Assembly: GCA_029210645.1 (NCBI GenBank)
Contig: JARGFT010000001.1
Span: 1,035 to 65,034 of the forward strand
Origin: Anaerosomatales bacterium
GTDB taxonomy: Bacteria; Actinomycetota; Coriobacteriia; Anaerosomatales; SLCP01
Length of the DNA: 64,000 bases
Direction of reading: 5' to 3'
Below the pieces are notes generated by a model, which saw only the letters and a program-made list of their open reading frames with translations, did not search any database and was not told the DNA's origin. Below, one piece after another: positions 36,441-46,639 of this stretch. The position numbers and the translations under genes are program-made. Each line of letters starts with the position of its first letter. The first letter of the stretch is position 1.

Positions 36441-36462
36441 GTTAGATAACGTCAGTTAGATA
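36441..36462. promoter_or_regulatory. direct repeat GTTAGATA-N6-GTTAGATA upstream of the TetR gene (candidate operator)
   Basis: Copies at 36441-36448 and 36455-36462, 23-44 nt upstream of the TetR ATG (36418). Confidence 0.3.
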
Positions 36463-36511
36463 TCATAGGTGCCGGCGCAGACGGTGTCAAGCGGTTGCCC
36501 GAAGTAAGGTG

Positions 36512-36547
36512 CCGGAAACGCAAAGGGCCGCCCTCCGGGCGGCCCTT
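36512..36547 (-). terminator. rho-independent terminator of gdhA
   Basis: The stem AAGGGCCGCCC / GGGCGGCCCTT (11 bp, 3-nt loop) is followed on the minus strand by TTTGCGTTTCC, 31 nt after the gdhA stop. Confidence 0.75.
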
Positions 36548-36577
36548 CTACGCGTCACGTGCTGAAACAGCGGGCGT

Positions 36578-38005
<1,428 letters not shown>

Positions 38006-38013
38006 CTAGTGAA

Positions 38014-40650
38014 TCAATCAGTATCCTGTCCCACGGCGCAGACGTCTGACAGGTAGATCGCCCCCTGCTGCTTGAGCATGTCCGCCCACAGGAAGATCCA
38101 CCGGCCTCCGAGATCGGCTGCGTCGATCACGTTGATCAGGTCGGAACGGTCGGCGAACTCGGGCAGCATCTGGCCGAGGCGGTTGGGACACTGCTCGATC
38201 AGCTCCGTGTTGAGGATGGAACCCGGGCGCTCCGGCGACACGCCCATGTACCCGATCCCGAGGTCGACGAGGTCGTTGAAGAAGTGCGTGCCCAGTGACA
38301 GGTCGGGCGTCAGTCCCTCGTGCATCCGTGCGATCTCGCAGAGCATGGTCACGTTCTTGATCTGCGAGAGCGTCACGGGGATCCCCAGCTCGGGCATGCT
38401 CGTGCCCCACCTGCCCGGTCCCACCAGGACGGTGGTCTGGAGCCGGTCGGGGTGGTTGGTGATCTTGCCGATGAGACGCGCGACCTCGTGCCGGTCTCTC
38501 GTCGGGAGGGCGCCGTACCGTTCCGGCACGACGTAGACTATGCGATCGACCTCGGTCGCCAGGCTCTGACCGATGAGTGGCCCGTTGGTCTGCAGGAGGA
38601 TGTCTTTGACCGGGATGCGTCCGGGAGACTGGACGTGGATCAGGCGCTCGGCGAAGTGGAACGGCCGACACTGCAGCAGGTTGATCCGGTAGTCCTGCTC
38701 GTCGAGGAAGTTCACCGTGAACTCGATGTCGACCGGGTGCTGGTATGCCTGCGCCACCGTCTGCATCATGTCGCGCATCACCTCGGCGAACGGGGTGGCG
38801 GTGAGCAGCTTCTTGAAGGTAAGGACCGAGGAGAATACGTCCTTGATGCCGGCTTCACGTGCCCGGGTCTCCATCTCGGTATCACGTGAGGCGAACATGT
38901 CGATGGGGAGATCGGAGACGCGGGCCACGTCTTCGAAGTGCCGGGAGACGTGAGCGTTCTCTTCGAGGTCGATCACGTTTACGATGTGCTGGCTGTACTT
39001 GCGGACCTCGTCGGATGAGCCGTCCGGGCGCAGCATCGGTGCGTTGAGCGCGACCACCCGCGTGTAGTCGTCGTCGTGACGGTCGACCGCGCGCGTCCCC
39101 AGGCCGAACACGAGGCGCAGCATGCCGTCAGCGGGGTCGATCTTCTTGCTCCACACGTAGGGGTTGAAGGAGTAACCGACGCCGCCGATGTGCGGGAAGT
39201 ACAGGTCGCCCTGGAATTCGCCGGACACCCGCTGCACCAGCAGCGCCATCTGTTCGTCGCGATGGAGCAGCCCGCGGTGCCTCCGGTAAGAGAGGGCCTC
39301 GACGCTCATCGTGCTCGCGTAGATGGTGCGAACCGCCTCCATGAAGTTGGCGAGGCGTTGTTCGGGATCACCCTGGTTCGCGCAGAACACGCTCTCGTAC
39401 TTCCCGGAGAAGGAGTTGCCGTAGGCGTCCTCGAGCAGGCTGGAGGAGCGCACGATCACCGGTGACTGTCCGAAGTACTCGAGGATCTCCCTGAACTGGG
39501 CGATCGTGCTGGCCGGGAAGCTTCCCGTGTTGAGTTTCTCCCGCAGGTGTTCCGCCTGCTCGTAGAAGTGCTCGGCTCCCCTCAGGTGATGTCGCTCCCA
39601 CCAGCAGTCGTTAAGCACCAGGTAGCTGTAGAAGACGTCGGAGCCCACGTAGAACGAGTCGTGGATTTCGAGTCGTCTCGCGATCTCCGGAGCGTTGCGG
39701 GCGAGGATCTTGCGCGCGAGCAGCATGCCCACCGACTTGCCGCCCACGAGCCCGGTGCCGACCATCCTCTTGCCGATCGCGATGAGATCCTCGAGTTCGA
39801 AGTACTCACTGCAGAGCCGGAAGAGGTCCTCGTTCTCGTCCCGACTCAGAAGCATGCGGATGAGGCGGTCGGTAAGTGCCCGCACATCTTCGCCCGGGTC
39901 CTCTCCCGCGGCGATGCGTGCCTGGACGGACTGGGCCCTCATGAAGGTGCGCGTCCATGGTCCGGGCAGGTCGGCGCTCGGGTCGATCCACGGCTGCGGC
40001 GTAGCCGAGAGGATCTCGGAGAGGACGGTGCTCTGGGTTACCGGGTTGACTCCGTCTTCGTCCCACGAGTGCAGCATGTACATGGTGGAGGAGTGCCGGT
40101 CGAACACCTTCAGGGGCAGGACGTAGAGCCGGTCATCGTTGCGGAAGACGTCGAGGACCACCTGAGCGGTGTCGTGGATGACCCGCGACGCCAGCGGAGT
40201 GGGCACGTCGCGCAGGAGAACGAAGAGCGCCACGGTGTCGTAGTCGTACAGGTACGGGCAGGTCAGCCTGAAGAAGTTGCCGAGCATGCGGTCGCTGTAC
40301 CAGTCGGTGGCCAGACCCGAGAGGCAGTCGAACAGGTAGTACACGCTGTCGTGGCCGTTGCGGTCGATGATCGTGAGGATCTGCGCGATGAACTGCTCGA
40401 AGCCACCACGCGGGTCGAGCTCGTGCACCTCCGCAGGCACGCCCTCCGGAAGCAGCGAGGGGTGGTTGGCGAAGCGGAAGTAGATGAGCTTCCTCCCCGC
40501 CTCCTGCGTGTACGCGCAGTAGCGTTGTGCGAAGGGGAGGAAGTCGTCGAGTCGGTCGGTCTGCAGAACGATGTTGTCGCCTGCCCAGATCCCTTCCAGT
40601 ACCCGGTCGAGCTCGGGGACCCCCGAGCTCAAGTCCTTGCGCTTCTCCAT
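38014..40650 (-). CDS. PEP/pyruvate-binding (PPDK_N) domain protein with an N-terminal RecA/KaiC-like domain lacking a Walker A motif
   Basis: The N-terminus SGVPELDRVLEGIWAGDNIVLQTD is a KaiC-like entry strand but has no GxxxxGK[ST]. The central and C-terminal part carries VGGKSVGMLLARKIL and ATP-grasp-like PPDK_N features. I see no phospho-His (GGxTSHAA) or TIM-barrel domain. Confidence 0.65.
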   Translation of the reverse strand: MEKRKDLSSGVPELDRVLEGIWAGDNIVLQTDRLDDFLPFAQRYCAYTQEAGRKLIYFRFANHPSLLPEGVPAEVHELDPRGGFEQFIAQILTIIDRNGHDSVYYLFDCLSGLATDWYSDRMLGNFFRLTCPYLYDYDTVALFVLLRDVPTPLASRVIHDTAQVVLDVFRNDDRLYVLPLKVFDRHSSTMYMLHSWDEDGVNPVTQSTVLSEILSATPQPWIDPSADLPGPWTRTFMRAQSVQARIAAGEDPGEDVRALTDRLIRMLLSRDENEDLFRLCSEYFELEDLIAIGKRMVGTGLVGGKSVGMLLARKILARNAPEIARRLEIHDSFYVGSDVFYSYLVLNDCWWERHHLRGAEHFYEQAEHLREKLNTGSFPASTIAQFREILEYFGQSPVIVRSSSLLEDAYGNSFSGKYESVFCANQGDPEQRLANFMEAVRTIYASTMSVEALSYRRHRGLLHRDEQMALLVQRVSGEFQGDLYFPHIGGVGYSFNPYVWSKKIDPADGMLRLVFGLGTRAVDRHDDDYTRVVALNAPMLRPDGSSDEVRKYSQHIVNVIDLEENAHVSRHFEDVARVSDLPIDMFASRDTEMETRAREAGIKDVFSSVLTFKKLLTATPFAEVMRDMMQTVAQAYQHPVDIEFTVNFLDEQDYRINLLQCRPFHFAERLIHVQSPGRIPVKDILLQTNGPLIGQSLATEVDRIVYVVPERYGALPTRDRHEVARLIGKITNHPDRLQTTVLVGPGRWGTSMPELGIPVTLSQIKNVTMLCEIARMHEGLTPDLSLGTHFFNDLVDLGIGYMGVSPERPGSILNTELIEQCPNRLGQMLPEFADRSDLINVIDAADLGGRWIFLWADMLKQQGAIYLSDVCAVGQDTD

Positions 40651-40809
40651 CGACGCTCCCGGTGTCGTCAGCAGTTCGCCGCACGTGCGGGCCGGGCCCG
40701 CCGGTGGCACCCGTGCGCGGTTGCTGCGGGCATGAACCTAGGATACACGCGCCCTGGGTGCCCCGGATGTCGGAGCGCGCTGCGACCCCTCGGAAGATAT
40801 CTCGCAGCC

Positions 40810-40825
40810 GAAACACTCACGAAAC
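40810..40825. promoter_or_regulatory. candidate GlnR box (GAAAC-N6-GAAAC) upstream of glnA
   Basis: GAAACACTCACGAAAC lies about 100 nt upstream of the glnA ATG and about 20 nt upstream of a possible -10 (TACAAC). Confidence 0.3.
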
Positions 40826-40921
40826 ATTGTGCCCGTAGTCTACCTACAACCAGTGGTCGCACACCGCCGGGGACAGTCACGGACTGAGTGGGCTTATCAC
40901 TCAATCGAGGAGGTAGAAGGT

Positions 40922-42259
40922 ATGGCACCCACGTTCGACAAAGACTACGTGCTCACGACGCTCGAAGAGCGCGGCATCCGCTTCGTGAGATTCTGGTTCA
41001 CCGACGTACTCGGATTCCTCAAGAGCTTCGCCGTCACCGACACCGAGGTGGAGACCGCGTTCGAAGAGGGGATGGGCTTCGATGGCTCCTCCATCGACGG
41101 TTTCGCACGCATCCAGGAGTCGGACATGGTCGCGTTCCCGGACGCATCCACCTTCCAGCTGCTGCCCTGGCGCCCCGAGGAGGGCGGCGTGGCCCGCATG
41201 TTCTGTGACATCACCACCCCCGACGGCAGCCCCTTCAATGGTGATCCGCGCTACATCCTCAAGCGCACTCTCAAGAAGGCGGCCGACATGGGCTACACCA
41301 TGTACGTCGGTCCCGAACTCGAGTTCTTCTACTTCGCCGACTCCGAGAGCACCCAGGTGCTCGACAAGGGCGGTTACTTCGACCTGACTCCGCTCGACGT
41401 CGCTTCGGAGCTGCGCCGCGACACCGTCCTGGCTCTCGAGAAGCTCGGGATCCCTGTCGAGTACTCGCATCACGAAGTCGCACCGTCGCAGCACGAGATC
41501 GACCTGCGCTACACTGATGCGCTCTCCATGGCCGACAACGTCATGACGTACCGCCTCACCGTCAAGGAGATCGCGTATGCCAACGGCGTCTACGCGACCT
41601 TCATGCCCAAGCCGATCCAGGGTGAGAACGGCTCCGGGATGCACGTACACCAGAGCCTCTTCGACAAGGACGGCAACGCGTTCTTCGACGCGGACGATCC
41701 GCAGGGCTACAACCTGAGCACCGTGGGCAAGCAGTACATCGCCGGCCTGCTCAAGTATGCGCCGGAGTTCTGCGCCTTGACCAACCAGTTCGTCAACTCC
41801 TACAAGCGTCTCGTGCCCGGTTACGAGGCCCCGGTCTACATCACCTGGGCACGCCGTAACCGCTCGGCCATGGTCCGCGTGCCGATGTACAAGCCCGGCA
41901 AGGAGAACGCAACCCGCGTCGAGCTCCGTTCGCCGGATCCCTCTGCCAACCCGTACCTCGCCTTCGCCGTGATGCTCGGCGCCGGCCTGAAGGGCATCGA
42001 GGAAGGGCTCGAGCTTCCGGCCGAGGCCACGAACAACATCTTCCACATGACGGAGGAGGAGCTTGCGAGTGCAGGCATAGGTATGCTGCCCGAGAACCTC
42101 GGCGAGGCGATCAAGCTCTTCGAGGAGTCAGAGGCGATGCGGGACATCCTCGGCGATCACGTTCACCGCTTCTTCGTCGAGAACAAGAAGGCCGAGTGGA
42201 ACGAGTACAAGGCCTACGTGACCCAGTGGGAGCAGGACAAGTACCTCTCGATACTCTAG
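40922..42259 (+). CDS. glnA: glutamine synthetase type I
   Basis: FTDVLGFLKSF, the MPKPIQGENGSGMHVHQSLF region and NSYKRLVPGYEAP. SD GAGGAGG upstream of ATG 40922. Confidence 0.95.
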   Translation: MAPTFDKDYVLTTLEERGIRFVRFWFTDVLGFLKSFAVTDTEVETAFEEGMGFDGSSIDGFARIQESDMVAFPDASTFQLLPWRPEEGGVARMFCDITTPDGSPFNGDPRYILKRTLKKAADMGYTMYVGPELEFFYFADSESTQVLDKGGYFDLTPLDVASELRRDTVLALEKLGIPVEYSHHEVAPSQHEIDLRYTDALSMADNVMTYRLTVKEIAYANGVYATFMPKPIQGENGSGMHVHQSLFDKDGNAFFDADDPQGYNLSTVGKQYIAGLLKYAPEFCALTNQFVNSYKRLVPGYEAPVYITWARRNRSAMVRVPMYKPGKENATRVELRSPDPSANPYLAFAVMLGAGLKGIEEGLELPAEATNNIFHMTEEELASAGIGMLPENLGEAIKLFEESEAMRDILGDHVHRFFVENKKAEWNEYKAYVTQWEQDKYLSIL

Positions 42260-42304
42260 GGTCCCCCTGACCGGACGGGTCGGGTCCTTACTGCACGACT
42301 TGGC

Positions 42305-42339
42305 AACGGCGCCGGGCGGTCGATCCGCCCGGCGCCGTT
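42305..42339 (+). terminator. 15-bp perfect hairpin after glnA
   Basis: AACGGCGCCGGGCGG / loop TCGAT / CCGCCCGGCGCCGTT, followed by CTCGTT (weak U-tract). Confidence 0.7.
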
Positions 42340-42377
42340 CTCGTTGGCTACCACGCTGGAGCGCTACAATCATGCAC

Positions 42378-43043
42378 ATGAAACGGGTCCTCATCGCCTC
42401 AGACGACGCGCACACGCGTGCGTGGGCTCGCAGCGCCCTCGACACTCTCGATATCACGTCGCGAGAGGCTGCTGCGAGCGATCTTCCTGCCGTACTCTCG
42501 ACCGACGGGGTCGATCTCATCGTCGTCGACGGGGGGCGCGACCCCGAGCCTGTGGTACAAGGAGTCGAAGAGGCCATGAACATCGGGCTCGAGACGCGGC
42601 TCTTCCTGCTCGTCGAGGCGGGAGCCCTTCCGAGCCTGCGCCTGCCTGCGCGCACGGCTGCCGACTTCCTCGTGCGGGGCGCCTCCTCCGAGGAGCTCGC
42701 TGCGCGAGTGAGGGCACTGCTGTGGCCGGGCGAGGAGGCGAGCTCGCAGGAGCTGCTCCGCATCGATCATCTCACCATCAACCTGGCCACCTACCAGGCC
42801 TACCTCGACGGCACGCCGATCGACTTCACCTACCTCGAGTACGCGCTCTTCGCATTTCTGGTCACCCATCCCAACCGGGCGTACAGCCGGGAGATCTTGC
42901 TCCAGCGTGTGTGGGGCACCGACTACTACGGCGGCTCCCGCACCGTCGACGTCCACATCAGACGGGTGCGGGCCAAGATAGGCCCCGAGCTCGGCAAGCG
43001 ACTCGAGACCGTGCGCAACGTCGGCTACCTCTGGAACGGCTAG
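42378..43043 (+). CDS. orphan OmpR-family (winged-helix) response regulator, GlnR-like, with atypical receiver domain
   Basis: The C-terminal trans_reg_C has LTINLATYQAYLDG..IDFTYLEYALFAFL..REILLQRVWG....TVDVHIRRVRAKI. The receiver keeps DD and DLIVVD but lacks the usual T/S and K (LLVEAG, FLVRG). No kinase gene is adjacent. Confidence 0.65.
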   Translation: MKRVLIASDDAHTRAWARSALDTLDITSREAAASDLPAVLSTDGVDLIVVDGGRDPEPVVQGVEEAMNIGLETRLFLLVEAGALPSLRLPARTAADFLVRGASSEELAARVRALLWPGEEASSQELLRIDHLTINLATYQAYLDGTPIDFTYLEYALFAFLVTHPNRAYSREILLQRVWGTDYYGGSRTVDVHIRRVRAKIGPELGKRLETVRNVGYLWNG

Positions 43044-43067
43044 CCTGCCGCAGCGGTGCGGTGCATC

Positions 43068-43646
43068 TCAGCGCGGTGTACCCGTGAAGCGGTAGGACGG
43101 GCCCTTCATGGGCGTACACTGCCCGTCGATACCGTGCTCTGCGAAGAAGGCGCACATCCCGTCGGGGGTGAAGAACGCCCCTGGCTCGCCGAGGAGCTTC
43201 TCTGCGGCAACGATCACCCGCATGAACCACGCTCGCGGGTCGAGTTCCAGCACCACCACGCCCCCTCCGGGGCGCACCACACGAGCGAACTCGGCAGCCG
43301 CTGCGGGCTGGTCGCGGAAGTGATGGAATGCGTCGGAGACGAGAACCGCATCCGCCCAGTCGTCGGCGAACGGCATGTGCTCGGCGGTTCCGAGGAGCGA
43401 GCGTACCGAGGGGTCCTCGGGCACGTACTGGATCATCTCGGGGGTGGGATCGAGGACGACAACCTCGGCATCGAGCGCCCGCGCGAGCTTCACCGCAAGC
43501 GCACCGGTGCCGCCCCCGACGTCGATCAGGCGTCCACGGGGTGGTACGTACGGTCGAAGCCACTCGGCGATGTCCTCGACGCTCTCAGGCGACCAGCGGT
43601 CTGCGACCCGGTTGAACACAGGGGCCGCCCAGTTGAAGAAGCCCAT
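43068..43646 (-). CDS. class I SAM-dependent methyltransferase
   Basis: Motif I LIDVGGGTGALAVKLA and an acidic post-I residue (VVVLDP). Confidence 0.8.
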   Translation of the reverse strand: MGFFNWAAPVFNRVADRWSPESVEDIAEWLRPYVPPRGRLIDVGGGTGALAVKLARALDAEVVVLDPTPEMIQYVPEDPSVRSLLGTAEHMPFADDWADAVLVSDAFHHFRDQPAAAAEFARVVRPGGGVVVLELDPRAWFMRVIVAAEKLLGEPGAFFTPDGMCAFFAEHGIDGQCTPMKGPSYRFTGTPR

Positions 43647-43755
43647 CCGTCACCCCCGCTTGCCGGCCTCGTGCCGTCATCCGTGTCGGGTACAATCAGC
43701 AGGTATCCCCGCGCGTGCCCGGACGTACCGAATATACCCCTGAAGGGTCGGCCGA

Positions 43756-46404
43756 ATGACCTCCCGCACCGTCGCCGCGATCGACGGCAACAGCCTGCTC
43801 CACCGCGCCTTCCATGCGCTTCCCCCGACGATGACCGCGCCCGACGGCCGGCCCACCAATGCCGCGTTCGGGTTCATCTCGATGCTGGTCAAGCTCGTGC
43901 AGGAGCTGCACCCCGACGGCGTGGTTGTGGCGTTCGACCGCGGTAAGCCGGCGTTTCGAACCGAAGCGCTCGCCTGCTACAAGATCCACCGTCCGCCCAC
44001 GGCAAGCGAGCTCAAGGTTCAGTTCCCGATCGTCAAAGAGCTGCTCGACGCACTGGGGATCCCCATCCTCGAGGTCGAGGGATGGGAAGGCGATGACATC
44101 CTCGGCACGATCGCACGCCTCTCGGAGGAGTCCGGGATCCGCGCGCTGCTCGTGACCGGCGACCGCGATGCTCTGCAGCTGGTGACCGACACGGTGCACG
44201 TCGTGAGCACGCGCAAGGGTATCACCGATATCGTCATCTACGACCCGGCGGCCGTGCTCGAGCGCTACGGTGTGACGCCCGCTCAGGTCACGGACTACCT
44301 GGGGCTCAAAGGCGATACCTCCGACAACATCCCCGGTGTGCCAGGTGTGGGGGAGAAGACCGCAGCCAAGCTGATCGCCGAGTACGGCTCGCTCGATGCG
44401 GTGCTCGACGCGGCACCCGGGATCAAGGGCAAGCTGGGGGAGAACCTGGCCGCTCATGCGGAAGACGCGCGGGTGAGCCGCACGGTTGCGACCATCCGCA
44501 CGGACGTGCCGATCGACGTCGACCTGACAGCGGTCTCGTGGGGCGGCTTCGATCCGACGCGCGTCGCCGAGGCCTTCGGCAAGCTGCGTTTCACCTCGCT
44601 GCTCGATCGCGTGCTCGTCACCGACGGGCTCGAGCAGCCCGGGGATGCTGCACAGAGTCCTGTGACCGACACCGTGATGGAGTGGTCGGTCATCCAGGGA
44701 CCGGCCGCCCTCGAGCGGCTTGGTGGGTGGGCCACACGTCAACAGTGGCTCGGTGTCGCGCTCGATGACGGTACCACCGAGTCGCTCTTCGCCGTGCGCC
44801 GCGATCTCGCGGTGGCATGCGTCGACGAGGTCGCGGTCGTCGGCGGCGAGGACACTCCGAAGGCTTTTGCGAAGCTGCTCGCCGATGCCCGTCTAGCCGC
44901 GGGCGACACCAAGGCGTTGCTGCACGAGCTGTGCCCGCCGGTCTCCGACGGCCGCTGCGACCTGTCCTTCGACGCGGCCGACCCGGCACGGCTCTTCGAC
45001 TGCGCGCTGGCGGCCTACCTGCTCGAGTCCAACCGCTCGGCCTACACGCTCGACGCGCTTGCCGCCGACTATCTCGGCGCACCGCTGCCCGAGCCGACGG
45101 AGGAGCGTGGCCGCGCGGCGCTCGAGGCCCGGGCCGCGGCCGCACTTGCTCCCGTTCTCGAGGGCCGTCTCGCAGAGGACGGCTCGACCGAGTGTTTCGA
45201 GCGCATCGAGATGCCGCTCGTGCCGGTGCTCGCCCGGATGGAGCGCGTCGGGGTCGGGGTGGATACCGGCGTGCTTGCCGGTCTGGCCGAGGAGACACGC
45301 GGCCGCATCACAGAGTTGCGGGAGCGGATCTTCGCCGAGGCCGATACCGAGTTCAACATCGACTCGCCCAAGCAGCTCGGCGAGGTGCTCTTCGACAAGA
45401 TGGGCCTGCCGCGCTCCAAGCGCACCAAGACCGGCTACTCGACCGACGCCTCGGTGCTGAGCTCGCTTGCTGCGGACTTCCCGATCGCGCAGATGATCAT
45501 GGACTACCGGGAGCTTGCCAAGCTCACCTCGACCTACCTCGAGGCACTGCCGCGGTTGATCGCCGAGGACGGGCGGCTCCACACGACGTTCAATCAGACG
45601 GTTGCCGCCACGGGGCGTCTGTCGAGCAGCAACCCGAACCTTCAGAACATCCCGGTGCGCACCGAGTTCGGCCGCCGCATCCGGGCAGCGTTCGTCCCGG
45701 CCGAGCCCGGGCACCTCATGGTCGGCGTGGATTACTCGCAGATCGAGCTGCGCATACTCGCGCACCTCTCGGGTGACGAGGGACTCATCGAGGCGTTCAC
45801 GAGCGGCGAAGACTTCCATGCGGCCACGGCCGCGCGCGTGTTCGGCGTGGCGGTCGACTCGGTCACGCCCGGGTACCGCAGCCGTGCGAAGGCGGTGAAC
45901 TTCGGCATCGTCTACGGTCAGAGCGCCCACGGGCTTGCCGATACCCTCAAGATCGGGCGCGTCGAGGCCCAGGCGATGATCGACCGCTACTACGCGGCCT
46001 ACCCGCGGGTGCGCTCCTACCTCGACGAGACCGTCGCCGAGGCACACCGGACCGGGGTGGCTATCACGATGTTCGGCCGCAAGCGCCGCATCCCCGAGCT
46101 TAAGAGCAGCAACTACAACCTGCGTTCGTTCGGCGAGCGAACGGCGATGAACCACCCGATGCAGGGCACGGCCGCGGACATCATGAAGCTGGCGATGATC
46201 GAGGTCGACCGTCGACTGCGCGAGGAGGGCTTTGCGTCGCGGCTGGTGCTGCAGGTACACGACGAGCTCGTGTTCGAGGCTCCGCCGGCCGAAGTCGAGC
46301 GGCTCTCGACGCTTGCGCGCGAGGCGATGTCGGGTGTGGCCGACCTCTCGGTGCCGCTGCTGGTGGACGTCTCGAGCGGGCCGAACTGGGCGGCAGCGAA
46401 GTAG
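43756..46404 (+). CDS. polA: DNA polymerase I
   Basis: 5' nuclease domain (GDRDALQL, GVPGVGEKTAAKL) and the polymerase motifs DYSQIELRILAH, RSRAKAVNFGIVYG and QVHDELVFE. Confidence 0.95.
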   Translation: MTSRTVAAIDGNSLLHRAFHALPPTMTAPDGRPTNAAFGFISMLVKLVQELHPDGVVVAFDRGKPAFRTEALACYKIHRPPTASELKVQFPIVKELLDALGIPILEVEGWEGDDILGTIARLSEESGIRALLVTGDRDALQLVTDTVHVVSTRKGITDIVIYDPAAVLERYGVTPAQVTDYLGLKGDTSDNIPGVPGVGEKTAAKLIAEYGSLDAVLDAAPGIKGKLGENLAAHAEDARVSRTVATIRTDVPIDVDLTAVSWGGFDPTRVAEAFGKLRFTSLLDRVLVTDGLEQPGDAAQSPVTDTVMEWSVIQGPAALERLGGWATRQQWLGVALDDGTTESLFAVRRDLAVACVDEVAVVGGEDTPKAFAKLLADARLAAGDTKALLHELCPPVSDGRCDLSFDAADPARLFDCALAAYLLESNRSAYTLDALAADYLGAPLPEPTEERGRAALEARAAAALAPVLEGRLAEDGSTECFERIEMPLVPVLARMERVGVGVDTGVLAGLAEETRGRITELRERIFAEADTEFNIDSPKQLGEVLFDKMGLPRSKRTKTGYSTDASVLSSLAADFPIAQMIMDYRELAKLTSTYLEALPRLIAEDGRLHTTFNQTVAATGRLSSSNPNLQNIPVRTEFGRRIRAAFVPAEPGHLMVGVDYSQIELRILAHLSGDEGLIEAFTSGEDFHAATAARVFGVAVDSVTPGYRSRAKAVNFGIVYGQSAHGLADTLKIGRVEAQAMIDRYYAAYPRVRSYLDETVAEAHRTGVAITMFGRKRRIPELKSSNYNLRSFGERTAMNHPMQGTAADIMKLAMIEVDRRLREEGFASRLVLQVHDELVFEAPPAEVERLSTLAREAMSGVADLSVPLLVDVSSGPNWAAAK

Positions 46405-46639
46405 CCCCGGTTCTCCTCGGCTAACTCCTCGGCAGACCCCTGGCACAGCCTGCGCCCGTCGGGTAATATACAGGGTCGGTTGCCAGGTCAGGAATCCTGG
46501 TGCCACGGTAATGTTGGCCCCCGACATGTAGCATGACACCTGTAGGCGATGGATTGTGTTGATCACCGTGATCGACGGACCTGTAGGCGACGACGGTACA
46601 TGACCGGAGGGCCCCGTTCAGGAAAGGGGCCACCCCACA

